From positions 4,216,001 through 4,280,000 of the forward strand of contig NC_087436.1 of NCBI RefSeq assembly GCF_036321535.1: a stretch of DNA of 64,000 bases, given 5' to 3'. The notes under the pieces are model-generated. The model was not told where the DNA came from. It worked only from the letters and a program-made list of their open reading frames with translations, and made no database searches. The position numbers and the translations under genes are program-made. This document shows, in pieces, positions 1 to 16,292 of the stretch. Position 1 is the first letter of the stretch; each line of letters starts with the position of its first letter. Source of the stretch: Camelus dromedarius. Lineage: Eukaryota.

Positions 1-513
1 TCATGGAAGAGATTATGGTATTTGAAAAGGAGGCTGGTTTAGTTATCTTCTAAGACTTTATTATCCTTTGCTTTTCATGACATCAGACTCGCTCATCTTA
101 ACATTCGTCCTCCGGTCTTGGATGATGACACACCCCCCATCCAACTATTCAAGCTGTCTCTAGATCACTCTTCCTTCCATTTTCCGCCTATATTACCTTA
201 TCCAATCTATCACCAGAGTTATCTTGGAAATTATTTTCAAATCCGTCAATTTTTCACTAATCTTACTGCCAATTCCCTAACTTTCATTTTTAGTTATGTC
301 TCACCCTAGTCTCCTTTCTGCTTCATCCACTCCTCATTGAAGTGTGACATCACCCTTTGAGAACAACTCTAAACGGTGTACCTCCTCAGGTTTAAACTCT
401 CTGGTGGCTTCACGTCACTGCTGTCTCTGAAGCACCTCTTCATTCTCATCTCTTACTCCTTTCCTGGGACTCCTTAAGCCTCTCCCCTTCCGCCAGCACG
501 TACGTACGTAGTA

Positions 514-516
<3 letters not shown>

Positions 517-562
<46 letters not shown>
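517..562 (+). repeat. (CA)n microsatellite
   Basis: Perfect CA dinucleotide run, preceded by (CGTA)n. Confidence 0.95.
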
Positions 563-564
<2 letters not shown>

Positions 565-3500
565 CGCTCCCCTGAAGCTAACACACAGTCCCACTTACAG
601 TCAGACACGCTGTTTTCTGTCCTTTCCTTTGCCTGATGACTTCAGGTTTCAAAGGTTTCTCCTCTTTGTCTCACTCAATTGAAAGCTCTTTAAGGGCACA
701 AACTGCCATTTTTCTTGTGTATATAAAATACTCAATAAATGTCAAATGAATTTGTTCCATTCCTACTCTTAGCTGCCACACAGCTAATGCACTCTTCCTG
801 TCCACTCAATAAAATGTGTGAATAATTCTGATTTGATATTTAAATTAAGGTAGAGTCATGACTCTCATTTTTTATACTTAATGTCTTTTGCTCATATTTT
901 ATTCTGTTTCAGAGGGAAAAAAAGAGCCACTTTGTGGGGAAAATTATTACTGTGGAAATATCCAAATGTTAAACAACTGTATTACTTAACTTTCTGATGT
1001 ATATTGTTGTTTACCAAAAAGTAACCATTTCCTCATAAGTCATTGTGATAAAACAAAAACAAAAACAAAAACAAAAACAAAAGCCTTCTCTCATGACTGT
1101 GAGAAGGGAAAATCTAGCTTCCAGGCAGGTGATATGAATTTGATTAACAGAAGGAATCATACATATTTTATGTCTGTAAAATGTAAAATATGAAAAGTAA
1201 TTCAAAAGATAAAATACAAAAAAAAATCGGAAGTTTTAAACATCAGTCAGTATTATAAATGCATATTCCTGTAAGAGTTTCTGGGCATAGATGTCTACAA
1301 AGATATCCAAGTGACTAAACTGTCTGTGTATTCTAGGCACATAGTGTTTGGATATTTGAAGCCAAAAGTAGCTATTTACCCAACAATCCACTGTAGGAGT
1401 GGTTTTCTTCATACAAAAATTGGATCCTATCATTCTCCCACTTACTTTCTCAAGGTCTTCCCACAAAATATATAATATTCTACTTGTCTGGAATCTGAAA
1501 TCATTTCCTGGCACTCTACACCTCACTCTTCCTACTCCAGTTTGTAGTTTTCCAAACATGCTCTGCTGGCAGATTTTCTTTTCTTTCACTTCCTGTTACA
1601 TCTCCCCTACCTTTTTTCCCTCAGAAACAAGTAAATCTTATCTCAGAGTTCCCTCCCCCATGATTTTGACATTTCCAGACACCCAGGTTTTGCCTATCTT
1701 GTATGTCCATTGTACTTCCTAACAAAATGGGCATTAAATTTAATACTCACATTTTCATTGTTTGCTTGTATGCCTTTTTAACATATTCAAAAAAGCCCCA
1801 AAAAACTGAGCTCCTGCTTTGAGCACTGGAATTAAAATAATTAACAGAACAGATACAGCTTCTGATCTCTGCAAGCTTACAGACGGTTGGGAAAGATGGA
1901 CATTACGTAGAAGTAACAGTAAAATGCATGATTGAGTATTAAAGGCTTTACCAGAATGCACTGCAGTTGTCATGCCAAGTACAGGCATCAGAGAAGGCCT
2001 TTGGTAACAGTTTAGCTTGGAACGATAAGGGTAAGTAGAAGGAGAGTCTGTAACACACATGACTGCCACGTAGCAGGACGTGTAGCCAGCTCACAGCAAG
2101 TATTTGTTGAATGAACAAATAAATGATAAAGTAAAATTTTTCCTAATTTTCTATATAATTTCTGCAAACTTCTCAACCTCTTTTTAAAAAATAAACTGAA
2201 TGTTTAAAGGCTCAAGTTTTATCTAAGGATAAAAATATTTTTAATACAAATAATTAAGAGTCAGATCTTGTAATGACTGTGTCCCCTCTTGCCTTCCACC
2301 TCCCACCTCTAAGATACTGGTTATTAAAGCCAGAAGAATATGATATGTCGACTTCCCAGAACTATGCTAATTTCTAAAAACCAACTTTTAAGCTACGTTA
2401 TAGAAACAAAAGGTGCCAAGTATTTTTCAACTTGGCTAATAAATTTAATTAATCATGCTCATAAAGGCAAAGACACTTTTTCTATCTGAATTTTCCTAAA
2501 ATGCAATTACCTTTGTTGTCTGCATTCTTGACACAAAAAACCTGATCATCATCCACCTGCAAGACATATCATCCATCTTGTCATATGTCTGCAAAGATTC
2601 TTGAAACTTTTTTCCACTGACAAGTAACTCTATTTTGACACTCTATTTAAAGGAATGGAGCTAAAGTTTGCTTTAAGGAACTAAGTTGCTGCCACTCAGA
2701 GCTTGGGGAATTTTCTAACATAGTGCCTTAATATCTTTATTTGAGTATAATGTGGCCCATGCCTGAAATTCTTCGAAAGCACCAATTCAGTAAGCATATG
2801 TAATCTGCCAGCAGGGACTGAAAAAACACCCTAATAAATCTTATTATCTAAACAGTAGCAAAAATGACTGGGAGATGTGTCCATAGTACATAAAAATATT
2901 ATGCAGTGTATGACAGGCCACTTCTTGGAAGATGAAAAATAAGTAGTACAAGAAACTGTTATGCATTTGCTAATTCCATTTCCTGAACAGGGATTTTTTA
3001 AAAAAAAAATGCATTTTACTCTGCACTAGGACAAAACTGCCATGTATTGTTTTTGCTGAGGACAGAGATCTGGATGCTGCAGAATTGAAAAAGTATTAAT
3101 CCCTCACTTCATGGCTTCCTTCAGCAAGGTAAGTTCTCACAAAATCCTCAGTAATTTTGGAGGATCAACTTTGTTCTTCAAAATCTTGTATCCCCTATCT
3201 TTGTAGTTTAATTAGAAAGTAGGGGGACTTTGAAGACAGAAAGATCCTTTGAAATCTGGACTTCAGATTCCAACTCCACACTTACTCGTCTATAATTTAT
3301 ACTGCTCCGTTTCACCTCTCCCAGGCTGTTTCTCATTTGTAAATTAGGGTAGTATATGCCTTCATATTCTTTCCCTAGTTACATGGGTATAAGTGGCAGA
3401 GTTAGAATCTGAAATTCAATTTTTTTAAATCTTTCTGTCTTCTTATTACTACATTTTGATGAATCTCTAAATAAAGTTTATTATTAATAACAATTTACTG

Positions 3501-3619
3501 CTTACAACAAAATATTCAAAATTAAAATATAAATCAGATAATGAAAATGGTCATCAGGGGACTATTATTATTTATCAGATTACCAAATGATCGAATGTGA
3601 ATCCAGAGGTTTAACTTTA

Positions 3620-3734
3620 AATTTGGGGGGGGATAATTAGGTATTGATTGACTGATTGTAGGTGCTGGGGATTGAACCCAGGACCTTGTGTATGCTAGGC
3701 ATGCACTCTGCCACTAAGCTGCACCATCCACCCC
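3620..3734 (-). mobile_element. tRNA-derived SINE (camelid Vic-1-like)
   Basis: Minus strand reads GGGGTGGATGGTGCAGCTTAGTGGCAGAGTGCATGCCTAGCATACACAAGGTCCTGGGTTCAATCCCCAGCACC, with A- and B-box-like motifs. Imperfect flanking direct repeats at 3603-3619 and 3733-3749 (14/17). Confidence 0.85.
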
Positions 3735-5483
3735 AGATGTCTGACTTTATACAGCACATAACCACTTTGTTGTATAGTTCTCAAGTGATTTGCTAAGAAT
3801 TTATCTTTCTAAATGTAATCCCTGAGGGCAGTGATTATGTCTTAAAGCATATGATAGGATATTCTTTCTTTCTTAGTTTCAGATGAAACATTAATACAAT
3901 TGTTATAAAATACTAAAAAATTTTAGTATAGTATATAGTACTAAAAAACTATATATATATATAAATAGTATATAGTACTAAAAAAGGAAAGCAAATTTTA
4001 CTACAGAAACACTATCATTTACATGTCCTATATGTTACCTATCACCTTGAAAAGTTAAAGTAATAATAGTACTTACTTCTGTGGTTGTCATGAGAATTAA
4101 GGGAGATAATGTTTATAAAACACGTAACACAATGCTTACCAAATTACAGAGCAAACTCTTGAGTCCAGATGTTTGATTTCATAGTATCTTTTTTTTTAAA
4201 TCAATCTTTGATTGGGGCAAGATATTTACTGTATCATATTTTTGTGGGAACATTTTAATAGCTTGTATGTATGTGTGTATATATAAATATATGTAAACAT
4301 ATTAGTATTAAATGAAATCCAAGGTATTTTTCTAGTATAAAAAGAAAAGTACTTTTTGTCACTAAATTTTACGAGTTCTTGTCCTGGTTTAGCATGACTA
4401 GATTTTTTTTCAAATCTTAATCATGCTCTAAGGAGCTTAAAAGCACTTACTTCCACTTAATCCCCTCAGTTCACTGTTGGAATCTAAATTTTTGCCTTAC
4501 TGATGTCACTAACAGAGGGGTACAGAATGTTATAGCTGAAAAAAATAAAAGATTTTAGAGCTAATATGATCCAATCATCATATTTATAAATGAAAGTATT
4601 GGGTTCATAAAAGTCAGAGCTTATTTATTAGAAAGAAAAGAGAAGAGAGACATAACAACACAAACCAACCTCACTCCTTGGCAGAGACGTCGGCGTTCCC
4701 ACTTGGCATCCCATCCATTGTACTGCTTTAGCTATTCAGATTTTAAATACACCTGGACTGTATCCTGTGGCTCTAATTATAACTCAGTCTGGGATGGAAA
4801 CTGAGCATCACTACCATGTTTTTATAAGGACATTCTGACAAGCTGTTTTAATAATACACAGCATTATGCACCTGGAAATTCATGATGAAGAGCTGTCAGC
4901 CCTCTGGGAAGATGGTTTACTGAGCTGAGTGGAGGCTGAGAGGTCTGGAGGATGAAAACAGAACTCTCTGCCCTTTAAGAGAAACTTGCTGTTTTAAGCT
5001 GCTAAAGTCTGGTCAGAAAGAAGCAAGAAACTTCTAGATATAAGCTACCCTCAACTCTTATTTATATCTCCAATGCTTGGAGAGTTACATTATGCAATCA
5101 AATAAAACTTATTACTGATGGCTTTTTAAAACTCTTCATGAAAGTCAAGCATTGATATCTTAGAAAACCTTATTCACTATTCTTCAAAATGCCTAAAGCT
5201 GAACTCCTAATTAAGCCTTTCGGTTATCATCTGAGATACGCTTTTGCAATTTCCTTCAGCATGCACCAAAGTCATATAGAAAATATTTTTAGAAACAGTA
5301 AAAATACTAAATGTAAGAATTAAAAACAGGTGAGCAATTGATTTGCAGTTCTTTTACTTAAATTGGCAATAACTTAACATTTTGTAAATTACAGAAATAA
5401 TGTTACAGATCCACTAATATGTCATTTATAAAGAAATTTGTGCAAGGGGATCTAATTATAGAAAACTGAATACATATCCACTT

Positions 5484-6963
<1,480 letters not shown>

Positions 6964-7709
6964 TATCCACTTTAAATTTAAAACATGTTCAAATAACAAA
7001 GACTATTACTGTTATTGTTGTGGTTAGGAAATGCAGCTTAAAAATAATAATTGATTTCCTTCTCATATTCATTCCTGAGTAATAACTGAGAAATTCCCTA
7101 CACACTGGGATGTAAATCTTCCCCCTTGAGTGTGCTAAGCTGCATCTACCACAAGCTCTCTGGGCCAGGGGCTGAATAAACCACTTTAGCTCCGTGGGCT
7201 AATGAAGAAATAAGCTGGAATAAGGGGAGGAGTTTCTCCAGGAATAAACTGAAAAGAGCTGTTCTCCATAAACAATTAAAACCAGAACACAAAAGAGAAC
7301 ATCCACATGTATCAGAAAGTTCATTTTTTTTCCACAAAGACTTTGAGACCACATACATATTCTCCAGGAATAAAGAGGACGGCTCCTTTCTTATCCCTCT
7401 GGACTTTTCACTGATCTCACTCGTCATTCACCCCTTCAATACATATTTATGAATTACCTCTTATGTGTGAGGATCTAGACCAAGAAACAAGGTTGGATAA
7501 ATGTTTTCACAGTCCCATGAACTAGACAGATACATAAACAAGTCATTTCAATCATCAGTATTATCTACAATGTAGAAAATTATAGCATAAAAGTGATTAA
7601 TTCCTGAAGTCAGAGGAATACAGATGGTTGAAATGTTTCCCAGAAAAGAAATAAGCAAATTTTGATTCACACAGTGTGTAAGTTGGAATTGGCCAAAACA
7701 TAACAACAA

Positions 7710-7950
7710 TAGTTAGCATTCCCGATTGCTTGCTAGGTGCTGAGCACTGTGTTAAGCGCTTTACAAAAAGTAATCATCTCACTTAATCCTCATGACAACC
7801 ACTCATGACAGTAGGTGCCATTTTCTCAACTTCACAGGTAACAAACTGAGCCATAGAAAAGTTTAGAATTTTGCCCAAGGTCATGTAATGGCAAGTTGGA
7901 TTTGAATACAAGCCAAAAATCTCTGTCTGTTATACTCTGCTGCCCCACGA
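7710..7950 (-). mobile_element. MIR SINE fragment
   Basis: Typical MIR motifs: gcactgtgttaagcgctttac, cttaatcctcatgacaacc, aaactgag, ttgcccaaggtca. Confidence 0.7.
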
Positions 7951-10529
7951 GTAGAATGGAGAGGTGTCTCAGATAATAAATATTCAAGAGCCAGACATGC
8001 AAAACAGCACTGAGTAATTCAGCATGTGTGGAGCAAATGTTCTGTTTCAGGAGTGACAGGCATAGGACTGGGATAAAGGAAGCAGGGACCAGGCAAGGTA
8101 GACTGTGTACGCCATGCATATTGAGGATGGAATAAAAAAATACAAGGCTATAGGCCAGGAGATTGGATGGCAGATGACCACATTAGCCAACATGAAAGAC
8201 TAGTTGGTCTGAGGTTAAACAGCATCCATGTGGCAGTTGGTGATCGGCAAGAAGCTGAGGAGAAAGAGTAGGTAAGATCTGGAGAGGGACAGAATGTGGT
8301 GGATGCAGAAGGAAAGAACTAGAATGACTCAGGCATAGTACCTGGGTAGCGTGCTATAACGTGTGCCACCAGCCACAAGAGGAAGAAAGCTGTTTCCAAA
8401 GCTCCGGATCCTCAGGTTTACGGCCGTTAAGGATTCCATGTGCACCTTTAAGATAATGTATATGCCCAGTGAAAGCATCAGCTATTCACTAGATATTTCT
8501 CAAAGAATACAGCCCCTATTCCTTAATCCTTTGGGCAAAAATATATCATTTGGTTCTCTTCTGCAGTCCAAAAAAAACTATCTTCATCCCTAATTCTTGC
8601 AAACCTACAGGAAGAATCAGCTTTCATCTTTTCTTGTGTGACATTCAGATTGCTTTGCAGACGTCATCTCACCAATATTTACATTAGCTCCATAAGCTGT
8701 GCCAATTAAAAATGTATTCCTATATTTAAAGGGTAAAGAGAGGTTAAGTGACTCATCTGGGGAACAGGAAATAATAGCTCCCTCTCTGAATCCGCTCCTT
8801 ATGTGTAAGAGCAACTGGCAGATGGTTATTGATATTTCATGTGGCTTGAGTTGTTGGGGTCTTCATTTACTAGTAAACAAGGAGCTCAGGAGCAGAAGAG
8901 AAACTGAAGATGGCTTTTTCAATACAGCCACTTTTTTTCCTTAATCCTAGGCAAGCTTTTCCACTGACCTGTGAACTCAATAAATAAGAATTTCAAGGTG
9001 ATACTCAACATCAGTGAAATATCCATAGAAACATGGAGAGAAATGTTCACCACATATTTGATTTTTGCATCAAACATCAGATTGCAATCCAACCCAATAA
9101 AGTAACATGAAAATACATGTTACAAATTTCTACCACTGAATAAAGCTCTAAGTTTGGACTTGCTATACATTCTTTATTTCATGCAGGTAAGCAACTCTGA
9201 TGAAACACTGTGGTCCATTTTCCCAGTGAAGTAATTCATCAGTCCTGGGGAGAAAAAGCAAATGATTGCTTTCTCTTCCTTAAATCACCTTTTTCTTTGT
9301 GTGTTGGTTTCATGCGGTTTTTCAGGTTCCCATACTCACATGAATTTCTCCCCACATTTTGGCTCTTCTAAGTTTCCTTGGTGGATCTCTGCATTGTCTG
9401 ACCTTAAAACTTGGAAGTACCCTGAGATCCCTTCTCTCTTTTATCTATATTCACTCCCTATGGATGATTGAGGGGCCTATTAGATGTTAAAGTTTGAATA
9501 GTCTTTTTTAGAAAGTTTTAAAAATGAAATATAGTCAGTTTATAACGTGTCAATCTCTGGTGTACAACATAATAGTTCAGTCATACATATACATACATAT
9601 ATTCCTTTTCATATTCTTTTTCATTATATAGTGTCCTTATTAGAGTCAAAGAAGCAAAACCAGTACTAGTGATAGGGAATATGGACTTTATTTCAGGCAT
9701 TAGACCTTTCCCAATTACGGGCTCTGGTGAAGGAGTCTATGGAAGGCTACTACTTCTGAATCTGATGGTGAGCCTACTGTCCCACCAGGACACCAGGGCT
9801 GGCAGTCAGTGAGAATGCTGGAAGGGAAAGAAGGTGAGCAAGGAAAAGTAGAGCCCTCAAGAACAAGCCCAAACCTGCAAAACCAAACTGGACATGTGTG
9901 AACAAACTGAGACCCTGTCTATTTCTCACTGTCTCTGACTTCAGTAATGAGTGTGACCTGCAGAAAAAGCTGGTACTGTTCTCAATGGAGGTCCTGGTCC
10001 AGGACTGAGAGAAGCTGAAAGAGGAAACCCAGTGGGAGCTGAGGGCCCTGGAGCAACAAGCTGAGTGGCCGGCAATCAGTGCCTCTGAGCATGCACTGCA
10101 GCCTCGCTGACCCCTGCACTGACCTCCTGCAGTGCCTAAGGGCTGCTGTTTCTCTGCAGACATTGACATGGCATGCCTTTCCCTTCCCTTAAGGTTTCAT
10201 TTTTTTCTTGAGACATTCCCAGGCTTCCCCCTTTAACTGCAATCCCACTCTCACAAAAAGTCCTCATCCTGGATTTATTTTTGTCCTTACCACTTTTTAT
10301 TTTATTTTATAGTTTTTACCTATATATCTTAAAATTTTATCTGCTAGCAAGTAAAATTTATGAGAGTAGGTATATTGTCTACTCTGTTAAATAGTGTTTC
10401 CTAATTCTGGCACATGATAAGCATTAAATATTTGTTGTAGCAGTACTAGTTTTACAATTAAATAAAATGGCCTGAAATTGTATATATTATATTAATCAGG
10501 TTTTATGGAACTCCATCCAGAAAGAAAGG

Positions 10530-10760
10530 CTCATTGGGATTAACAGATTAACATTACTATATATAAAATAGATAAATAACAAGGACCTACTGTATAACAC
10601 AGGGAACTATATTCAATTTCTTATCATGAACTGTAACGGAAAAGAATCTGAAAAAAAATGTATGTATATGTATAACTGAATCGCTTTGCTATGCAGCTGA
10701 AACTAGCATTGTAAATTAACAACACTTCAATAAAAAACAAGTAATACATCAGAAAAAAAA
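10530..10760 (+). mobile_element. L1 3' end fragment
   Basis: aacaaggacctactgtataacacagggaactatattcaa..tataactgaatcgctttgct..acttcaataaaaaa, followed by an A-rich tail. Confidence 0.85.
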
Positions 10761-13700
10761 AGAATGGCTTATATATTGAGGTGTATCCTTAAAACAGCTG
10801 TGTGTTTTAACTTTTTGATTGAATCATATGAAATTTCTAATTTTTTATTATTTTTAACTTACAAAAATGACAGTTTTATATGGCTTAACTAATTTGTCAA
10901 CTACAATTCAAGAAAAATGACAAAAATTTGGAGAAATCTATAAATAAACTTGAATTGTGTGTATGTATGTGTGCTGATTAAGTTTCTTCTTTGCTTTCCT
11001 GAGGTTTACAAATATACTTCCCAATTCTGAAATCTACAAACTAACCAGATACCAGTAACTTCATAAAAAGGAAAAAACAAAGTAACAAAAAAAAAAAAGG
11101 GACTGTCAACAACCCAGAACACAACTACTTGTAAACTTAACTGTTTCTCTGCAGTTTCATGCAGTTTAAATGCTAGTACTCAGTATTTAGTGGGGAAAAC
11201 CATTTCTGTGGACTTCACTGCACTTTCACAGCATTTAACAGCTACTTTCCCCCCACTGTAAAAATATGAAAGAAAAATTCAGTATTTAAAACTTTGTATT
11301 TGATTATCTTACTGTGAAATTGCAAAGATGGAAACTTTAATAAAGAGTGATGAAATCATCAAAAACATTTTAAAAAGCAAGTCAAACTTCTCACTCACTC
11401 TCCTGCTTTATATGATTATAATTCATTTTTATATAGTGGTCACCTGACAAAATCCAACTACTTCACAGTGACACACACACACAAGCCACACACACATATA
11501 CAAAGACACAACACATGTAAGTAAAATTTAAAAATCTCTTTTGTCCCTTTTCACAAAGGAGAATAAAAAGAAAAAGTTAAAGTCCCTGATTTTAAGAAAG
11601 CTAATTATCACGTTTCTCCTCCATTATCCATGACCGACCTACTGTGGGAATCGACTGTACTATTCTTATGCAATCTGTTTCTTCCAAACACTTGAGTATT
11701 CACAGCTAAGGGGAGATGATGAAGGAAGAAAACATGTCCTTGGAATCTAAGGCGGCAGTTTCCGGTGAGAAGATACTAAAATGGGAACAGGAATGGGATG
11801 CTGACAGAGTGAAAGAAAACCACCTCATTGCCCACCTGTGCCCTGTCAGCAAAGTGCTAGTTTGCTTCCTCAGTAATCCACAAGACCCTTCTGACTCTAC
11901 ATTTGAATGACTTGATGGTTGTAAAATTTTTGAAGCCAGTATGCATTTTTAAATTTATTCACTTATTTGTTTGGTTTTATTTTGCATTTTGGCAAAAATA
12001 ATTTGAAACAGCTTTAGAATCACACATTTAATAAGTGATAGAGCTCACACGGAAACACAGCTCTCTCTGATACCAAGCTTTTGCTTTGCCAGCTGAACCA
12101 TACCATCCTTTCATAATATGAAAACTTACTAATGGCCAGGTGATACATTAAAAGGTTTGTATTTTCTCTTTCCAAAAGGACTGATTTCACTCATTTGCCA
12201 AAATAAAATGAAATGACTATAAACCATTAAAACAATTTCTCATCTATAATTTCAGCCATAGTAATTCTAATTAAATAGTATCTCTAGGAAAACTTCATAA
12301 AGAAAATATCTCTTTAGTAAAATCATCTTTTAGTTCTCTAGCACCCTGGCCATTTCTTCAGTGGTCATTTCTATAACTCAATAATATGTCAGAATTTATT
12401 TTGTGTCTTTCAATTTATTGATGGAAATTTCTACCAAGTCTGGTTCTGTCCTCTCATATTTTTCAACTTATATGTATGATTTCCAAGCCTATTGGGGGGG
12501 GGGGGAATCTCATGATTTTTAATGGAAAGGAAAATCCTATGTAAAAACATTTTTTGTGTGTAGATCTTTCTCAGCATATTTTTTATATAATTATTTGTTC
12601 AAACAGAGGGACTCCTTATATGTAGAATGTGACACTGAATGCTAACTGAACAAGCATATGCTCTCATGTATAGCTGGCTATATTGCAGTTGTTGTCATTT
12701 TATATAATTGATTACTCTGTACTGAAATACACACACATAGAATTTAAATTGAAAAAGCTTTTTTCTTGATTTTATAATTGATATCCAAGATTTGTTACAA
12801 TTGACTGTTAAGTACATCACAGGTAAAGTATTGTAGAAATCCAACCTCCTGGTGAGTGGTGGAGGCCAATTTACAAACACAGTTACATTTTACATTAGTG
12901 CATGAACCAGAGAGGTTTATTCCTGCAGTGTGCACAACAGAGTAATTCTATAGAAGATCTTTAATTAAATCAAGGTATTAGATTTTTAGCTTTGCATCCT
13001 AAAGCTTATCTACACTGGAGACTGTGACATTAGGCTTTTGGAATCAGAAGCTGGGTTTGAAACCTGCTGCTTCATCCTACAAATTGGCAGAAAAATAATT
13101 AAATTTTCTAAGCCTCATTTTGTGAGATAGTATCTACAGGAAAGACTATGTGAGTATTGAAATTTGCCAACCTTCAGAACTGAGTACACAGGAAATATAG
13201 GCAGAAGCTTAAATAAATACAAGATACATGTTAGTGACCTTCCCAGAGGCATGAGCTTAAACATTATTAGAATTTATACTGTCACAACATTGTAAAACAA
13301 CTATATTTCAATTAAACCCCCCCAAATTACTTGAACTCGTTGGGTTTAAGGACATTACTGGAGTACCTGTATTACTTGTCTCCATGGTTAACTTTTAAAT
13401 TTACAATTGGTGGTGATCATAAAGGTGAAAGGGCTGTATAAACTCTGAAAGATTTCAAAATATTCACTACTGTTTTTATTTCTATTTCCAGTATCTTAAG
13501 TTCTGCTTCACAACTAACCTACCTAATTGACAATGCAAAGTGTAATTAAGCTTCCTTAAAAAATCACACTTCAAAATAAAGAGTGAAGCAGATCCTATCT
13601 GATAACAGAGCTTTTCTTTCTCTTCTGACCTCAGCTCCATTTTCCAGGGCTCCGGTCAGTGTCGGGAGCCTGGACATCATAATGGGCTATAACCAAGGAG

Positions 13701-14308
13701 TGGCTGGGGTGGAGTATCTAGAGCACCGCTGTCTTCATTTTGGTCTGTGCTCTTTGAGGGATAGTCTGTTCACACTCCAATATGTTTAATAAAGTTATTA
13801 ATGAAATGCCTCTTTCAGTTTAATTTTTATTGTTTTGTTTTTAAGCCAACCTCTAGCCTTCAAGGAACTCCTACATGATTGGAGATTCCATAGAGGACTG
13901 GATAAGGGGCTTATCTTACCAGAGAGACCCTTCTGAGGAGAGGACCAAGGCTGTTTAATAGCCTGTCTGGGGTCACTTCTATATTCCAAAGTCTTGTTTC
14001 AGGAAACAAAGCTAAAGGAATAAAAGCTATTACATAAATTGTCAAAAACAATGAAGACATTATTAACAGGGTTATTAATAACTGCAAACCACATAATTTG
14101 GGTCCACTTTGCTTCACCCCTTTCTACGTACAACGGAAATGTTTTTAATGAACAAATTACTATCAATATGGACTTAATTTTCCTCATTTGTAAAAAGAAG
14201 CAATAGGATTTGGTCAGTGAAGTCCACACAGCAGCCTGATGCCATACAATGTTCCCATCATTTAAGAGTTTGATGGTCTAAATAGTTTGAGAAAATCTGC
14301 ATGACTTT

Positions 14309-14501
14309 GATGATGTGCTGATAAACAGGCTCTGGGAGTGATGAAGGCTGATTTATGACAGCTGCCAATTTCTGTGGTGTAAATATTCCCACAGTGCCCA
14401 ATGTCAAGCTACCAACAGCTTAATAACTGACTCATACAATTTCTGAATATTTGGCAATTAACTCTCACCAACCGGTAAGAGCCAGCTCCAGCATATCACT
14501 G
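14309..14501. mobile_element. hAT-type DNA transposon remnant (MER63-like)
   Basis: Degenerate terminal inverted repeats (tgatgtgctg ... cagcatatcactg) and internal ctgccaatttctgtggtgtaaatattcccac. Confidence 0.6.
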
Positions 14502-15509
14502 TGTTTCTATGCTGAAGCTACACAATCACAAATGATAGAAAAATAAAAGTCTTGGAATTTACCCTAGCTTTTTCCAAAATATTTTAGACTATTAAGTACT
14601 TTTTATAAATTAACACCTACTTAACACATATTTAAAGATCATCATGTTGGCCTGTCCATATCTTCTCACCTTAGTCTTTCCATGCAAGTCAATCCCACAC
14701 CTGAATCCCATCGCCCACATTTCTTTGCCGGGGAGGGGGGGGTGCTTTCTTCCAACGCACACTTTTCCTGCTTATATTGCAAGCTATGACTATCATGGAA
14801 TTTAGCTCCCTGGAATCAGCCTCAACCAACATCCAAGAGAAGTTTTTCAGTGTCATCTGAAAGTTTCCGTAGGATAATTAACTCCATCACTCTTAATTGT
14901 CCACCTTCCTTCTTTGTCTGTCTTCTCCATCTCCTGCCACTGTTGATAGTACTTCTCAAATAAAATACTTAGTTTTGGATTTTTGTCTCAGGGTCTGTTT
15001 CAGGAAAAATCCAAACGAAGACACATGGTTTGGAAAATGATGGGCTAGAAAATCTCAATGACCACTTTAGCTTTAATTATCAAAGATTAAAATAACATCC
15101 CCAGATTATTTCTGACATCTTCAGACTCCAGTCCCTTCTGTCACTGTGCCTGGCTTACATAAGCCACTTAATGAATGTGTGCTGAGCTAATTCTTTCTGG
15201 GAATAAAACCAAGATATGCTGATAAAGGGAAAAGTATAAAGTCAGGAGGTGACTGACTTTGTAGCACTAACCAGAGATTTCAGTTTTATCTGAATAGCCT
15301 GTATACCCACTGTTGCCTCACTTTGCCAACACTTGCCCTGCTTCTTTGCCTCCTCCATGGCACCTGCCTTGTGTGCAATTCGGTATCTCAATATCTTTCT
15401 CCAACCCCTTTAATCTTCCAAATTGCTTCATGATTAAGAAATGTGCGTTCCTCATAGGTTCTTCGCATTCACTCATCTACAAGTACGTAATGAAATTTTT
15501 TATATGGCC

Positions 15510-15875
15510 AAGTGAAGTAACCAGGAAGAGAAAGAAAAATGCCATATGATATCACTCATATGTGGAAGCTTAAAAAAAAATGATGTGAATGAATTTATTT
15601 ACAAAACAGAAACACACTCACAGACAAAGAAAATAAACTTACAGTTATGAGGGGAAGGGAGTGGGAAGAGATAAATTGGGAGTTCGAGATCTGCAATATT
15701 GACTGGTATATACAATACAAACAAGTTTATAGTGTATAGCATAAGGAATTATATTCACTATCTTGTAGCCTACAGTGAACAATATGAATACGAATATATG
15801 TATATCAATGTATGATGGAAGTTCTACAATAGAAATTGACACAACATTGCAAACTGACTATATTTTTTAAAACAA
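15510..15875 (+). mobile_element. L1 3' end fragment
   Basis: aagtgaagtaacca..aaatgccatatgatatcactcatatgtggaa..gggataaattgggagtt-like..gacacaacattgcaaactgactat. Confidence 0.9.
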
Positions 15876-16292
15876 CTTAAAAACAATTAACTAAATAGCT
15901 TAAAAAGCCACACATGAGTTGTGCTGCCTCTCTGTAATGTGGAGGGAACTTCTGGAATAAGACGTTTTTCTGTAGTAAATGGGACCCCAGAACAGGAAGC
16001 CCATACGGCCCTCCCCTGCCTGGAAGGCCTGGCATTGTGGGGGGCCCACTAGGGACTGCGGGCAATGCAGGACCACAGGAAGGAGAGGATGGGGGCCTGG
16101 AGGGAAGGGAAGGACACACAGCTGGGAATAAGGCCCAGGAGGACAGCAGGACTGCTATAGTGTCTGTACTTTGATTGGAGTCCTGGAGACATCCGCCCTC
16201 CTGCCCCCCAGTGCCATTATCCCACTGCCCAGCCCTCCTTCCCCGTCAGTCCTGTATGCGGGTCCAGTCACTGTCCACCTCCCTCCCACCAG

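Noticed and set aside
1236..1589. 117-aa ORF with faint resemblance to an ASB17 segment (Y.PRI.R..VD..LL..Y)
   Set aside because: Similarity is too weak and recalled from memory, with no supporting exon structure; needs TBLASTN.
3660..3734. tRNA-like sequence
   Set aside because: SINE head with tail and flanking repeats, not a tRNA gene.
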